Source: Somniosus microcephalus (lineage: Eukaryota). From it: a stretch of 64,000 nucleotides of DNA. Shown here one piece after another: positions 25,247 through 38,812 of the stretch. Where the stretch lies: contig CM126209.1 of NCBI GenBank assembly GCA_052327205.1, positions 205,964,001 to 206,028,000 on the forward strand, read 5' to 3'. The position numbers and the translations under genes were made by a program. The notes under the pieces are model-generated. The model worked only from the letters and a program-made list of their open reading frames with translations. It was not told the DNA's origin and did not search any database. Every line of letters starts with the position of its first letter. The stretch's first letter is position 1.

Positions 25247-27327
25247 TTGCTGCCACGCTGCTCCTAGCGTTCTACAGGGTAATGGCGGCGACCCGCGGCT
25301 TCGGCGCGTCTCGCTTTCCTTCCCCCCGTTTATTTTCTCTCCGCTGCCCTGTTCTCGAGCACTGACCGCGCCCTGTGCGCTCCACCCTCTCTCTCTCTTG
25401 TTTTCTTTTCCCGGCGACACTGCGCGGCCCGTTTTGTAGAGCCGCTCGATCGAGCTTGAGCCCGCCGCAGTCTGGAAGGGTCAGCGCGCTACCTGCTACC
25501 AGCACGATTTGCTGGAATGCCTTAACTGGGGAGCTAAACACAGCTCTCCACAGTCTCTCCCGCAATTCTCCGAACATCGATGAATTCTTTGGGTGGTTGC
25601 CCACGGTCGATGCCCGTTGCTCAGACTACGACCTCCAAGAACCCTCCTCTCAGGGCGAGATCCCCGTGAGATGATGCCACACTGCAGGTGAGTTCGAACT
25701 TACTCGTCGCCACTGTAAAGTCCGTGCCTCAATAATACACGGACTTCGGGAGAACAGTTTAACAGGTACTTTACTGAACAGGAGGCAACGTCAGACTGAA
25801 ATACAGAAGCCTGCTAGGGCCTTTTATACAGGGGTGGTCACTGCCGGTACTGCAGTCTAAAACCAGTTATTCCCTTAAAGGTACATACACAACAACGCTG
25901 ATGCAGCAGGCCCTATACCGGCTTGCATCAACTGTAAGACTTATGTGGGTAATTGCTGGCCAGTCGCTGGGCAAGTAGCCCAACTCTGCGCCAGCGATTG
26001 CTTCCTCGAACTCCCCGCAGATCGCCTGTCAATGAGTACGTTGACAGGCTGCAAGATCTGGATTTCGCTCATTCGCAAGCACACGTTGAAAACTGGAACT
26101 TGTGGGGCATTTCAAAGGGAATACGATGGCGTACTCTGAAAGTATGCTGTCACATACACGGCAATTTCAGGGCCAATGAAGAAAGTGCCGCTTTTATCTT
26201 TTAGTCTCATATTAGTTTAATGTACTGCTGATGACATTCGCTTTATAGATGCATGAACAGTTTTAGATGAGACACCATTGATTATTGTGCCCATATTTAT
26301 CAATATCATGGTTTCTCCAGTATGAAAAGAAAATGAGTGAGATTCCGCCATCATTCAAACAACCTTTCAAAAATCAATTTTATTTGTGAAAGTCTGCACT
26401 TAAATTTTGTCAGTGGAAGAATTTTTAAAGATCTAAATAGCATTAGACCATCCAATTCCAAGCAGTGGTTTATAAACCTGCCCCATTCAGTTCCTATAAG
26501 TATTACACTTGTTCATCTTGTCTCTAATTTATCTTGTCTCTACCTGTATGAATTTAAATTGAATATATGCCTGTAACATTTTGACTTAACCATATTCACT
26601 CGCACCATTACACTTTTCAGTTGGATGCTGTCTGTCATATCCTGTTGTTGTAATTACAGTTTTACTCCACCTAACAGTAATCAGCAATGTCAGAGTTTAC
26701 AGACTCTGCCTTTCAAAACACCTAGTGAAATTATTTCAATCAATATTTGTAAACTTTTTGAGCACACAAAATAAAATATTATTTAGTAAATATATCCCAG
26801 ATCTAATTACCCAAATGGTATCTCTTCAATTCCTAATTAGCTTACTGAAAAGTACCTGGGGTAGGATAGTTATTGAGATGTTATTAAATGGATAATCATG
26901 AAAAAAAAAATTGTTTTTTGTCTTGAAAAATTACATGAAGACTTAACAGGCAATCTCATTAATGTGGACACTTTGTGAGAGAAAACAAATGAGCATTTGA
27001 GATATTTATGTTGCAAAAGACATTGAAGAGAATTTGAGGGTGAATTTCAGTGCTACATTTCAGCTGAAGCTTTGTCTGATCAATTGCAGACTTCACAGAC
27101 GGGGCACTTTTATTGTTCTGTTTAGTTGAAAATCTTTCCTGTTAGTTTGAAGGGAAGAGCTTCAGAGGAACCTAGGGTAGTTAATATGACTGGAAAATTC
27201 CACTCACCTATTTGCCTGGGGACAGTTACTTTTGAGCTCTGATGAGCTGGAAAATAGAACTTTCAAGTAGCAAGAGTGTTTATTACTCTTATCTGTTTAT
27301 TCTTTCCTTGTTTTTTGCTGCATCTAA

Positions 27328-27927
27328 TCCTCAGCAGGAGGCGAGGCGCTACTGGAAGCGCTCCCCTTCTCTCTTGGGGTGCTCCCATTCAATATTGCGG
27401 CGCTACCTGCAGCAGCGCCACGCGCACCGGCATGTAGCGCCGTGGTAGTACAGGCCTCTCTCCCCGGATTAAAGGGGAGGGGCCTAGCCACAGCCCGCAC
27501 TGGGGGCCCTGCTGGACCACTGGGCAACGGGATGCTGGCAAAAGAGCCTCATGATGAGTGCCAGGCTGCCCAATCACAGCTGGCACCCCGCAAAAGGAGG
27601 CGAGAGGGGGCAGGTGCTGGCAGGTGGCCCAAAAAAAATGGCCACCCAGCACCTGCCCTTTAATTTATGCTGCCCCAGCTGCAAAAATGCCACCCTAACC
27701 CTGTCGGACATAGCGTCCAGCGGTAGGTCGGGGGCGCAAGCCAAGTTTGCAGCTGGGGCACGAGCGGGGCGCTGCGTATGCCGATTACATCATCGTCAGA
27801 GGCTCAGCGCCACAGGGTGCAACTAGCTATCGCCACCGCTAACCTCCTGCTGATTTTCATGGGAGGCGTTAGTGGCACCTCGCCCGGGGCGCTAACGGGA
27901 GGCACAAAGCAACCGAATTTTTCCCCC
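27328..27927. mobile_element. GC-rich Harbinger-type MITE fragment
   Basis: Abrupt GC-rich block ending CCGAATTTTTCCCCC followed by TTA. The left TIR is not seen. Confidence 0.45.
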
Positions 27928-28246
27928 TTAAAGTCTAAAGGTGACCTTAAAATAGTTTTGAATTGCCTGTTAACAAGCTCTTAATAATTTAAATTTCCTT
28001 CCCTGCCGCTTGGTGTCGGGTCTGTTGAGCGATGACAGACCTGACACCTGGGAGATTAGCATGGAGGTGGGTTGACAGCGGGTTCCCTACCCGCTGTCAA
28101 AAAAAAAGTTCCCACCAGATCCGCCACCAAACGCGCCTACTGACCCCCCAAAAAAATTCCCCCTGTTAGTTCCATTAACAGCATTCCAGAAGTGTCATTT
28201 TTTCAGCTTCCCCTTTTTCCTTGCTCTTCTGAAGTCTAGCCACTGA

Positions 28247-29087
28247 GGGGGTGATTTTGCCAATGGGGAGCTTTTGGAGGCGGGACTCCCAGTTGTCGGG
28301 TTTCAGTCCCGCCTCCATCAACTTCTGGCCAACCCACGCTATTTTCCCTTGATTGACCTTGTTCAGCCCGCCCATTGGGCTTAACAGGCCAATTGAGGGA
28401 AAGCCGGTTGCAGAGAACATCAACGTGTGATGTTTCATCTGTCAAAAAGTTTTAACAGATGAATTGTCATCGTTTGACAGCTCTGTGAAGCTGTCAGTGA
28501 CATTCTCTGTAGTTTGATGAGGTCTTGAATTCAAGACCTCATCAAACCTCTTTCTTTTGCAGAAATGAGATGGTTGTTGCATTGGAGAATGCAACGGCCA
28601 TCTGTCATCTCCAATGCGGAGGTCCGAGACTCTCCGCATACACACCGACTGAAGCCTGCAGGAAGAAACAAAGGTAAGTACACTTTTACTAACACTTTGC
28701 ACTTACCTCAGATACTCACCTCTCTACTCTTGCACCCATCACTTACCTTCACAGCACACTTTTGCACCCCCCTGACCCCCGCAGACCCACTACTCGCCTC
28801 GCTGACCTGGCGGGCTTCGGAACCTTCGGGAAGCTCGCACTTGTGAGGGCAAAAAGGGGATAATCCTATTTTCTGCCTGTTAACTACCTGTTAACAGGCA
28901 GTTAATAGGCTTTGATCCCTTCCTGCCTCCAAGGAGACGGGACCCTGCGTGGGACAGCTACCCACTTTCTGGGAAGATGGCATGGAGGCGGGTTGGGGGC
29001 AATTTCAGCACCCGCCCCCAAATTCTGCCATTTTCCCAGCAGTCCCGCCTCCATACCCGCCTCCCCAGGGCTGGCATCACCACGCCC
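28247..29087. mobile_element. Harbinger-type MITE, same family as 13233-14010
   Basis: Starts GGGGGTGATTTTGCCAATGGGG and is colinear with the 13233 copy through CCGCCTCCATACC...CCCAGGGCTGGCA. Confidence 0.7.
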
Positions 29088-29934
29088 TTTTTTAGATTCC
29101 TGGAGTGCCACTCTGACAATGGAAGTGGAGTGGAGCAGAGCTCCTGTCTGCCAATGGAGGCCGCTGTAGGCCCATCCTAAATTGTGGAGACAGGGTTATT
29201 AACATAAGCGAGGGTGGGTGATTCATACATGTAAGGGCACTTCAGAGCACTGGTCTGTTCCACTTCTGTAAATTCGGGCAGACCACAGACATTCTGCTAA
29301 ACAGACCCCTAAGACCATGAAGAACTGAAATGTTTTAAAAAGGTAATTTAATTTTCTGCTCCGAAGGGAGTACATTGGCGTATAATTAAAGGTAATCAAT
29401 CCCCTCTGGGATCAATATCCTTCATCTTGGTCAGTCTTGGGGCCTTTACTAAGACCTCAATGGAACTCATGTCATCTATCAGCTGGCAAGATTTTCAGTG
29501 GTCTTTTCTAGGTGTCATTGCAGGGATTCCTGAGGGAACCCAGGAGTTCCACCAGGTGCAGAAGCTTGATTTAGGGGGATAGGCAGAAGACTCACTCACC
29601 CACGACCATCAGAATTTCACATGCCTTTTGCAAAGGGAAGAAATCCGGTGGCTCCATTTATCAAACCAAATTCCAGCCCCCAGCATGAGATCTGCCCTCT
29701 CTCTGCCTTCTCTGGCCCCTGTAATTTTGGATTCATGTTGGGGTATGGTTCCACAGGCACTGGACTGCTTCCAGTACCCTAGTAAATATGCTTCCTGTGT
29801 TTGCCTAGACATTGAGCCCTCAAATTCCATGGGAGTTCCGCCAGTCTCCACTGCAACTCCAGCAGGGCGCCGGTAGAACCTCTGCATAATTTAAGCACCA
29901 CAGTGTCAATGGGAGAATGATGGAAAAGGCATCA

Positions 29935-31061
29935 CATCTGAGTTTGACACTATCTTAACCTGATGGCCACACATGTGCACTGTCCAGCAAGGGTCACTGG
30001 ACAACAACCAGGAGACGGATCCTGGCTGAGTTTCCTGCTTGCTAACCAGTATGTATTCAGACTAACTGTAATTCCTGGCTACTGTCCTGGGCCAGATCAA
30101 TTAATGTTGCATAGATCAGGGTTTCAGTTCAGTACCACATGTGGTAGCAGGTGGTGCATTTTTCACTAAAAGAGCTCTGTAAGTGTTCTTAACAGAATCC
30201 GTCACAGTCAGAATTGCAAAACAATCAATATGTTCACTTGTGACATTGACTATAATCCACATGAGGCTTTGCACTTGTGACTTATCCTGGCAGCTTTATT
30301 TATCATGTCACAATGCTGGGTATGCATATCCTTTGTTTATCTCTGATTATCTGCAAAGTTTCAGTTTGCCTCAACTGGCAGCACTCTTGGCTGTAAATCA
30401 GAAGTTGTGGGTTCAAGCACGACTTGAACATTTAGGCACATAATCAAGGGTGACAATCCACTGCAGTATTGAGGGAATATAGAAATCCACTCATTAATTG
30501 TAGCACTGACTCAGAGATTCCATTGAGTTTTGTCTTCTTAGAAATGTTACCTATATTTATTGCCACCTTCTGGAGATTAAAATAATTAGGCAGGCTCCAT
30601 AATGGTGCTAATTATCCAGGGTATTTTAAAGGGTCAAATTGACTTTCTCAAGCCATTCTTTCTCACATCCTTTATATCATTAGAGTAGAAAAGAAATGTA
30701 GTTGCATTTACCATGGAAATAAACTTTACCTAGACTGGATCTAGTCTTTTCTCTATTTTCTTTTCTCCCTCGCCCTGCTGTCCAGCTATGTTATCCTTGT
30801 CAATTTGTGTTGTATCAAATTATTTTATGCTTCTGTTAGATTAGACGCATCCATGAATATTTCATCATATTATTTCATCTGAGTTTGACACTATCTTAAC
30901 CTGATGACCACACATGTGCACTGTCCAGCAAGGGTAACTGGACAACAACCAGGAGACGGATCCTGGCTGAGTTTCCTGTTCCCTAATCAGTATGTATTCA
31001 GACAAACTGTAATTCCTGGCCAGATCAAATAATCTTGCATAGATCAGGGTTTCAGCTCCGT
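29935..31061. repeat. Local direct repeat, ~190-bp units at 29935-30133 and 30876-31061
   Basis: CATCTGAGTTTGACACTATCTTAACCTGATG...GATCAGGGTTTCAG is present twice with scattered substitutions and one indel. Confidence 0.85.
30362..30480 (+). mobile_element. Degenerate tRNA-derived SINE head (Deu-SINE-like)
   Basis: A-box-like segment, B box GGGTTCAAGC, then GCACATAATCAAGGGTGACA..CAGTATTGAGGGA. Family is from recall. Confidence 0.45.
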
Positions 31062-31410
31062 GGTTATTCCTTCATAACCACAAAATGCATAATGAATACC
31101 TCTTACTATTTTCTCAACCATGAATAAATCTGAAAATCAATATTGACCCTGCAGCTGCTATTATTTATATTCATTGATACATGTTTGTTTCCAATATCTA
31201 TTACTAAAGATACAATGATAGGAGCTCCACATTGGGCGCTGTTAGACAGGAGCTACAGAGTATTGTTTTGTACCTAACAAAATAAAATATTTTAGATTCT
31301 TTTCAAACTTATAGAATATCCATTTCTCAGCTATTACATAATATTAAATACGTATAACATCTGCACATTGCAAAAGTTATATAGGCTGTTCGGTACTTAA
31401 AGGGTTAGAA

Positions 31411-32890
31411 ACATAGAAGATAGGAGCAGGAGTAGGCCATTCGGCCCCTCGAGCCTGCTCCGCCATTTAATGAGATCATGGCTGATCATACTAATTCAGT
31501 ACCCTGTCCCTGCTTTCTCCATATCCCTTGATCCCTTTAGCCTTAAGAAATATATCTAACTCCTCCTTGAATATATGTAATGAATTAGCCTCAACTGCCT
31601 TTTGTGGTAGAGAATTCCACAGGTTCACCACTCTCTGGGTGAAGAAATTCCTCCTCATCTCTGTCCTAAATGGCTTACCCCTTATCTTTAGACTGTGACC
31701 CCTGGTTCTGGACTCCCCCACCATCGGGAACATCCTTCCTGCATCTAGTCTGTCTAGTCCTGTTAGAAATTTATAAGTTTCAATGAGATCCCCTCTCATT
31801 CTTCTAAACTCCAGCGAATATAAGCCCAATCGACCCAATCTCTCCTCATACGTCATTCCTGCCATCCCAGGTATCAGTCTGGTGAATCTTCGACACACTC
31901 CCTCCATGGCAAGAACATCCTTCCTCAGATAAGGCGACCAAAACTGCACACAATACTCAAGGTGTGGTCTCACCAAGGCCCTGTACAACTGCAGCAAGAC
32001 ATCCTTGCACCTGTATTTGAATCCTCTCACTATGAAGGCCAACATACCATTTGCCTTCTTAATCGCCTGCTGCATCTGCATGCTTACCTTCAGCGACTGG
32101 TGCACAAGGACACCCAGGTCTCGTTACAGTTCACCTTCTCCCAATCTATTGCCGTTCAGATAATAACCTGCCTTCCTGTTTTTGCCACCAAAGTGGATAA
32201 CCTCGCATTTATCCACATTATGCTGCATCTGCCATGCATCTGCCCAATCACCCAACCTGTCCAAATCATACTGGAGTTTCTCTGCATCCTCCTCACAGCA
32301 CACACACCAACCCAGCTTTGTGTCATCTGCAAATTTGGGGATATTACATCTAGTTCCCTTGTCTAGATCATTAATATATATTGTGAATAGCTGGGGTCCT
32401 AGCACCGATCCCTGCGGTACCCCACTAGTCGCTGCCTGCCACTCAGAAAAAGACCCGTTTATTCCAACTCTTTGCTTCTTGTCTGCCAACCAGTTCTCTA
32501 TCCAAGTCAGTACCATACCCCCAATCCCATGTGCTTTAACTTTACACACTAATCTCTTATGTGGGACCTTATCAAAAGCCTTCTGAAAGTCCAAATACAC
32601 CACATCCACTGGTTCTCCCTTATCTATTCTACCAGTTACATCTTCAAAAAATTCCAGTAGATTAGTCAAGCACGATTTACCTTTTGTAAATCCATGTTGA
32701 CTTTGTCCGATCCTGTCACTGTTTTCCAAGTGCTCTGCTATTACATCCTTTATAATGGACTCTAGCATTTTCCCCACTACCGATGCCAGGCTTACCGGTC
32801 TATAATTCCCCGTTTTCTCTCTGCCACCTTTTTTGAATAGTGGGGTTACATTAGCTACCCTCCAATCCATGGGGACTGTTCCAGAGTCTA
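31411..32890 (-). mobile_element. CR1 LINE copy E, 5'-truncated (same subfamily as copy A)
   Basis: RT ORFs 32124-32870 and 31491-32105 separated by one stop. TAGAA is on both flanks (31406-31410, 32891-32895). Confidence 0.93.
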
Positions 32891-33225
32891 TAGAAGTAAA
32901 ATTTGGTATTCTGGATTAAGCGATGGGAGTTATAGACAAAAACTGATCTCAATCCAGACTCCTCCTGTTAGCTAATATCTGAAAAATTTAACTGCAATAG
33001 CACACCGTGTACCTGATTCAAACAGCATTTTGAACAAGCATAGAATTAAAATGGACCAATTCTAGTCCCATTCACCTTGGATATTACACAATCCCAGAGG
33101 GCAAACCCCCTCCCCATTCCCTCCTATTTTATAGAATTTCAAAGAAGCAAAGCCCTCCCCATTCGTTACCATTATATAGAGCGACCAATAATCTAATGGT
33201 GCCGGGACTGCTACACATTGGGCAC

Positions 33226-36200
33226 TGTTGTGTATGTACCTTTAAGAGAATAACTGGTCTCAGACTGCAGTACCGGCAGTGACCACCCCTGTATAAAAGG
33301 CGCTAGAGAGCCTCGGTTGTTTAGTTTAGTTATGGACTTCCACCAGTAAACATTGTTTTCACTCCTGCTAGTCCGTGTCTAAATCATTCACGGACTTAAC
33401 ATTGGCGACGAGTAAGAAACGAACTTACCTGCAACTCAGCAGCAGCTCCGACGACGTTGTTGAAGGTCGGAGACAGAAAAAAAAAAAGAGGCCATTGAAA
33501 CTCGAGAAACGGGCGTCGACCGTCAATCATCGATTTAAAAAAATTGCAGGAGCGACTTCCAGAGCCAGGCTGGGTTCCTCGGTCCGTGGTTTCCCAGCTA
33601 ATCGGGCTGGTGGCAGGTAGTGCTCTGATCCTTCCTGGGCTGCGGCGGGCTGAAGCTCGATTGGGTGGCCTTTCAACGGGGCCGGGCAGCGAGTCGGGAA
33701 GCAAAGAGAGAGAGAGAAGGTGGAGCACACAGGGCGTGGCTGGCGTTTCGAAGCCGGGCAGCGTTCGGACCTCAGAAGAGGGAGGAAAGTGTCCCAGAGG
33801 GTCCACTCCATGACGGGAAAATAATAAAAGAAAAAGAATACGCGCAAGAAACCGTGGAAAGCAGCACTAACAACAGCGGGGAAGAAGACAAAGCGCGGGA
33901 GGCGCCATTTTGTTAAATCGGAGAAGAAGGCAAAGCGGGGGAGGCGCCATTTTAGATTTGCAAGATGCCGAAGACTGGCTGTATCACTGCTTTTGATAAT
34001 ACATTAGAGGACTGGACCACGTATGTGGAAAGAGTCAAGGTATATTTCGAGGCAAAAGAAATAGCGGAGGGGAAAAAGGCATCAATATTGCTAAACTTAA
34101 TGGGCGCTAGAACGTACGACCTATTGCGGGATCTGATTACTCCATCCAAACCGAAGGCGAAGAGTTTTAATGAAATTGTTGCTGTTCTACAGGAGCACTT
34201 AAACCCTGCACCGCTGTTGATAGCAGAAAGATTTAAATTCCACAGGAGAACTCAGCACAAACATGAGAGCAATGCTGAGTATCTTACGGAACTACATAAG
34301 CTATCAAAGCACTGCCAGTTCGGAGCAGGACTGGCAGATACCCTACGGGACAAATTTGTCTGTGGACTCCTGAGTGAAGGAACACAGAAGAAGTTACTCG
34401 CAGAAAAAGAGCTGACGCTAGATAAGGCTTTCAGCGTGGCAGTATCGTATGAAGCAGCAGCCAGGGGAGCTGCAGAAATTCAACAAAAACCACAGGAATA
34501 CGGCACCCACGAAATGACACGGGGATTTGCAAAATGTTATCGCTGCGGCAGAACTAACCATGACCAGAAGGACTGCTGGTCCAAAGACAAAATATGCAGA
34601 CAATGCGGGAAGCTTGGACACATTGCACGAGTTTGTAGGTCTGGGAAGAAGACCAGCGACAACAAAAAGGCTACTAAGGAACCGTACAAGAAAGTACAAA
34701 AGATGACGGACAGTAGTTCCGAAGACCAGATGAGCGATAGTGAATCCGGAAACAGGAGACTAAGCTGTCCCAAACTTCACAATGTAATCGCAAAAGAGGA
34801 TCACCGAACCATTTGGGTCACCCTCACGATAGCAGGGTCCCAAGTTAAAATGGAATTGGATACAGGATCAGCGCTAACCGTCATGAATCGACGAGACTAC
34901 GAGCGGCTATTTTCACACATACCCTTGAGAGAGACATCCATCGTCTTGACGACGTATACCGGGCAAAAAGTATACCCCAGAGGAAAAATAAGGGTGTCTG
35001 TCGAATACAATGGCAAGAAAATACGGAAATTGTATCTCTACATACTGCCAAATGGTGGACCACCGTTATTGGGACGGGAATGGATCAGGAAGATAAACTT
35101 AGATTGGCATTCCATTCATGCAATGACGGTGGACGGTAAAAAAGATGAAGACGTCACTCCTGGACGATTGTCAACAATCTTAGCTAACGCCAAAGAGGTA
35201 TTTCAACAAGAACTGGGCACGCTTAAAGGCGTAACCGCCTCGTTAAAAATAGAAGAGAATGCAGTTCCCAAGTTTTTCAAAGCGAGACCGGTACCATATG
35301 CAATTCGCCCAGCCGTCGAGGCAGAGCTGGAGAACCTGGAGAAGGCGGGCGTGTTGTCTAAGGTCGACTGGAGCGAGTGGGCGATACCCATCATTCCTGT
35401 CATGAAGAAAACGTTAAGCAATACGTCCGGAGAGCCAAGGAAGATTCGCATCTGTGGGGATTTCAAGGTGACGGTGAACCCTGTCCTTCACACAGTACAA
35501 TATCCTCTTCCAAGGATAGAAGACATCTTCGCCTCACTGTCTGGAGGGAAGCGTTTTACAAAAATTGACCTAGCACAAGCATATTTGCAGATGGAGGTTG
35601 AAGAGTCCTCTAGGAAGTATCTCACGATAAACACTCACAAGGGTCTTTACCAGTATCTTCGATTGGTATTCGGAGTAGCATCGGCTCCGGCGATATGGCA
35701 AAGAGCGATGGAACAAGTCCTGCAAGGGATTCCGGGGACTCAGTGTTACTTGGACGACATCCTTGTAACAGGTGAAGATGACAGTGAACACCTTAACAAC
35801 CTAGAACAGGTGCTCACTAGACTACGGGAACATGGGCTGCGAGCCAACCGCCCCAAGTGCGAATTTTTTAAGAAACAGATATCGTATTGTGGCCACGTGA
35901 TTGATGAAGAGGGGTTACATAAGTCCCCTGACAAAATTGAAGCGGTTGTTAAGGCCCCAGCGCCTGAAAATGTGTCACAACTGAGGTCATTCCTCGGGTT
36001 GGTGAATTACTATCATAAGTTTTTGCCGAATTTGTCGACAATTCTGCACCCACTGAACGCCCTGCTACGAACGGGGGTAGCATGGAAATGGAGCGATGAT
36101 TGTAAACGTGCTTTTCAGAAGAGTAAGGACTTAATCACTTCGAAGGAAGTATTGGCTCACTACAACCCAGCACTGCCAATCAGGCTGGCGTGTGATGCGT

Positions 36201-38209
36201 CTCCCTACGGCATTGGGGCGGTACTGTCACATAAATTCCTTGATGGTTTGGAGAGGCCGATAGCTTTTGCGTCACGCTCGTTAACTTCTGCCGAGCGTAA
36301 CTATGCCCAGATTGACAGAGAGGCCCTCAGCCTAGTGTGGGGTGAAGACGTTCAATCACTATCTGCACGGTCAAAAATTTACTCTACTAACCATTCATCA
36401 ACCTCTTGTCTCCATGTTCCAACCCTCAGAAGGGCGTACCGATAATGACAGCAATGGCTGCAGAGATGGTCCCTTTTCCTAGGGGCACACCAATATGACA
36501 TCGAGTACAAAGGAACTAAACAGCATGGAAATTCTGATGGATTGTCACGTCTACCGTTGCCGACGGTGGAAGAAGAAGACCTTGCAGCGGATCCAATGGA
36601 GTTATTCCACTCGACCATAGTCGAATATCTCCCTGTGACGAATGCAAACATAGAAAAGGAAACACGGAATGACCCGACACTATCACGGGTCTATGATTTA
36701 ATGGTGAAGGGATGACCAGCACATGGTGAACCACTGCTGCCAGCATTCTCACCGAGAAGACAACAGCTGTCAGTGTGCAGAGGAACCTTGATGTGTGGAT
36801 CCAGAGTAGTAATTCCACCTAAGTTGACGGATAGAGTGCTCAATGAGCTTCATGAGGGTCATCTGGGTGGGGTAAAAATGAAGAACTTAGCCAGAGCGTT
36901 TGTGTGGTGTCCGGGAATCGATAGAGAAATCGAAGAGATGACCAAGAGCTGTGCAGGTTGCCAGAAGGTCCAAAACGCCCCACCACAAGCTCCTCTGCAT
37001 CCATGGGAGTGGCCCTCATCTCCATGGCAAAAGGTGCACATTGATTTTGCTGGTCCCTTCATGGACTCGATGTTTTTAATTGCGGTGGATGCACATTCAA
37101 AGTGGCCAGAGGTAATAAAAATGTCCTCAACCACCACGGAAAAAACTATCACAGTTTTACGAACCATATTCGCCAGGAATGGGCTGCCTGAACAGATTTG
37201 CTCTGACAATGGACCACAGTTTGTGTCTGAAGAGTTCCGGAGGTTCTTAAAGAACAATGGTGTTAAGCATTACACATCTGCCCCATATCATCTAGCCACT
37301 AATGGATTGGCTGAGAGGTTTGTCCAAACATTCAAGAAGGCTATCAAGGCAATGTGTAATGAAGATATACCCCTACAACACAAGGTGGACATCTTCTTGT
37401 TTGCCTACCGGAATGCGACACATGCGGTTACCAACCAAACTCCAGCCATGATGTTCTTCAATCGAAGACTACGATGCCACTTGGATTTGGTTAAGCCAAA
37501 CGTCCGAAGAGATGTGGAGAACAGGCAGTTTCAGAATATGAATGAAAGGCCGACCAGGAGTTTTAAGATAGGTCAACCAGTTTTGGCCCGGGACTACCGC
37601 ACTGAGAAATGGCAGCCAGGAACGATTTGTACACGACAAGGACCTCTCATGTATACCGTGGACGTTGGGGAGAGCATTGTAAGACGCCATGCTGACCAGA
37701 TTCTAGAGTCACTGGAAAACGTCAACTCCACACCACGATCTGATACACCTGGTAATGAAATCGACGTTCCAATTGCAGCTACCGCAGAACCGGTAATATT
37801 GGAAGCAGATGAACCAAACAACGACATTGATTCCGACTCAACATTGCCAGAAGAACCTGTTACCCCAAAGAGGCGTTATCCAGACAGAATCAGGAAGCCT
37901 CCTCAAAGACTGAACTTATAATTGCTTAAACTTAACCACTGTATCTAGTAACAGTAATTGTGATTGTAATTCGTTATCATTTAGTTGTTAAATGAATGTT
38001 ATGTACTGTTTATCTAAAAGGGGAGGAATTGTTGTGTATGTACCTTTAAGAGAATAACTGGTCTCAGACTGCAGTACCGGCAGTGACCACCCCTGTATAA
38101 AAGGCGCTAGAGAGCCTCGGTTGTTTAGTTTCGTTATGGACTTCCACCAGTAAACATCTGTTGTTTTCACTCCTGCTAGTCCGTGTCTAAATCATTCATG
38201 GACTTAACA
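33226..38209 (+). mobile_element. Full-length Ty3/Gypsy (Mag clade), copy 2
   Basis: LTRs at 33226-33401 and 38030-38209 (2 substitutions plus a 4-bp indel), TSD GGCAC, PBS TGGCGACGAG at 33403-33412, PPT AAAAGGGGAGGAA. Confidence 0.95.
33965..37921 (+). pseudogene. gag-pol: gag-pol polyprotein, frameshifted in RNase H
   Basis: 826-aa ORF (gag, PR, RT, start of RH) plus a 382-aa integrase ORF. Frameshifts lie around 36340-36430 and there is a stop near 36713. Confidence 0.93.
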
Positions 38210-38415
38210 GGCACTGTGTACACATGTGGAACAACAGGCTGACTTTGTTCGATAATGAGAAGTTAGCTCATTTAAATATTTTGATGGCCCTCCCAGAGCT
38301 TAGGGCATAGCAAGGTCGGAGCACTCAAATACAGGGAGGGGAAGCAGGATAGCCAGTGCCAGCATCTCTTACAGTGCTGCTAGCTGCCCTTAAAATTGTC
38401 CTTCTCCAGAGTTTC

Positions 38416-38740
38416 AAAAATGGGTGTGTCCAAAACAACCCCATTCAGCAATCTTGCAGTCAGGGTCCAAGAGCAAAGGGTTGCTGTGTTTGGAGGAGGG
38501 AGGCACCCTGCAATAAAGAGTACCACCAGAGCAGCATGGCTAGAGGTGACAGAGTCCATGAATACAGGTTCATCTGTGGCCCAAATTGTGGAGCAGGTGT
38601 GAAAGAAAGTTTCTGGGCTCTCCAAGTAGCTGAGTTAACTGTGCAAACATGGCTGTATCTTAAAATGTTGTCTTACATGCTATTCTTATTGCCCTTCCCT
38701 GTGAATTCACAGAGGGAGAATGAAGTGCATAATGTAAACT
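38416..38740 (+). pseudogene. Highly decayed Harbinger Myb/SANT exon(s)
   Basis: MGVSKTTPFS...VAVFGGG...TTRAAWLEVTESMNTGSSVAQIVEQV*KK follows the trihelix W..VA..VN....R..EQ.RKK pattern. Confidence 0.55.
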
Positions 38741-38812
38741 GTTCAACTTTCTAAATGCACAGGTATACTCATATTCTTCATTAGAGCTGCGTAATGTTGC
38801 CACATCTAATTG

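Larger units (their letters stand above)
20910..25894 (-). mobile_element. Full-length Ty3/Gypsy LTR retrotransposon (Mag clade), copy 1
   Basis: 181-bp LTRs at 25714-25894 (5') and 20910-21090 (3') with 4 mismatches and TG...CA ends. TSD ACGCT, PBS TGGCGACGAG (25712-25703, complementary to the tRNA-Ser(GCU) 3' end), and PPT at 21091-21104. Confidence 0.95.
20426..26174. mobile_element. Harbinger-type MITE split by Gypsy copy 1 (arms 20426-20909 and 25895-26174)
   Basis: TIRs GGCCTAGAAATTGC / GCAATTTCAGGGCC, flanked by GAT and AAT. Related to 14467-15185. Confidence 0.65.
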
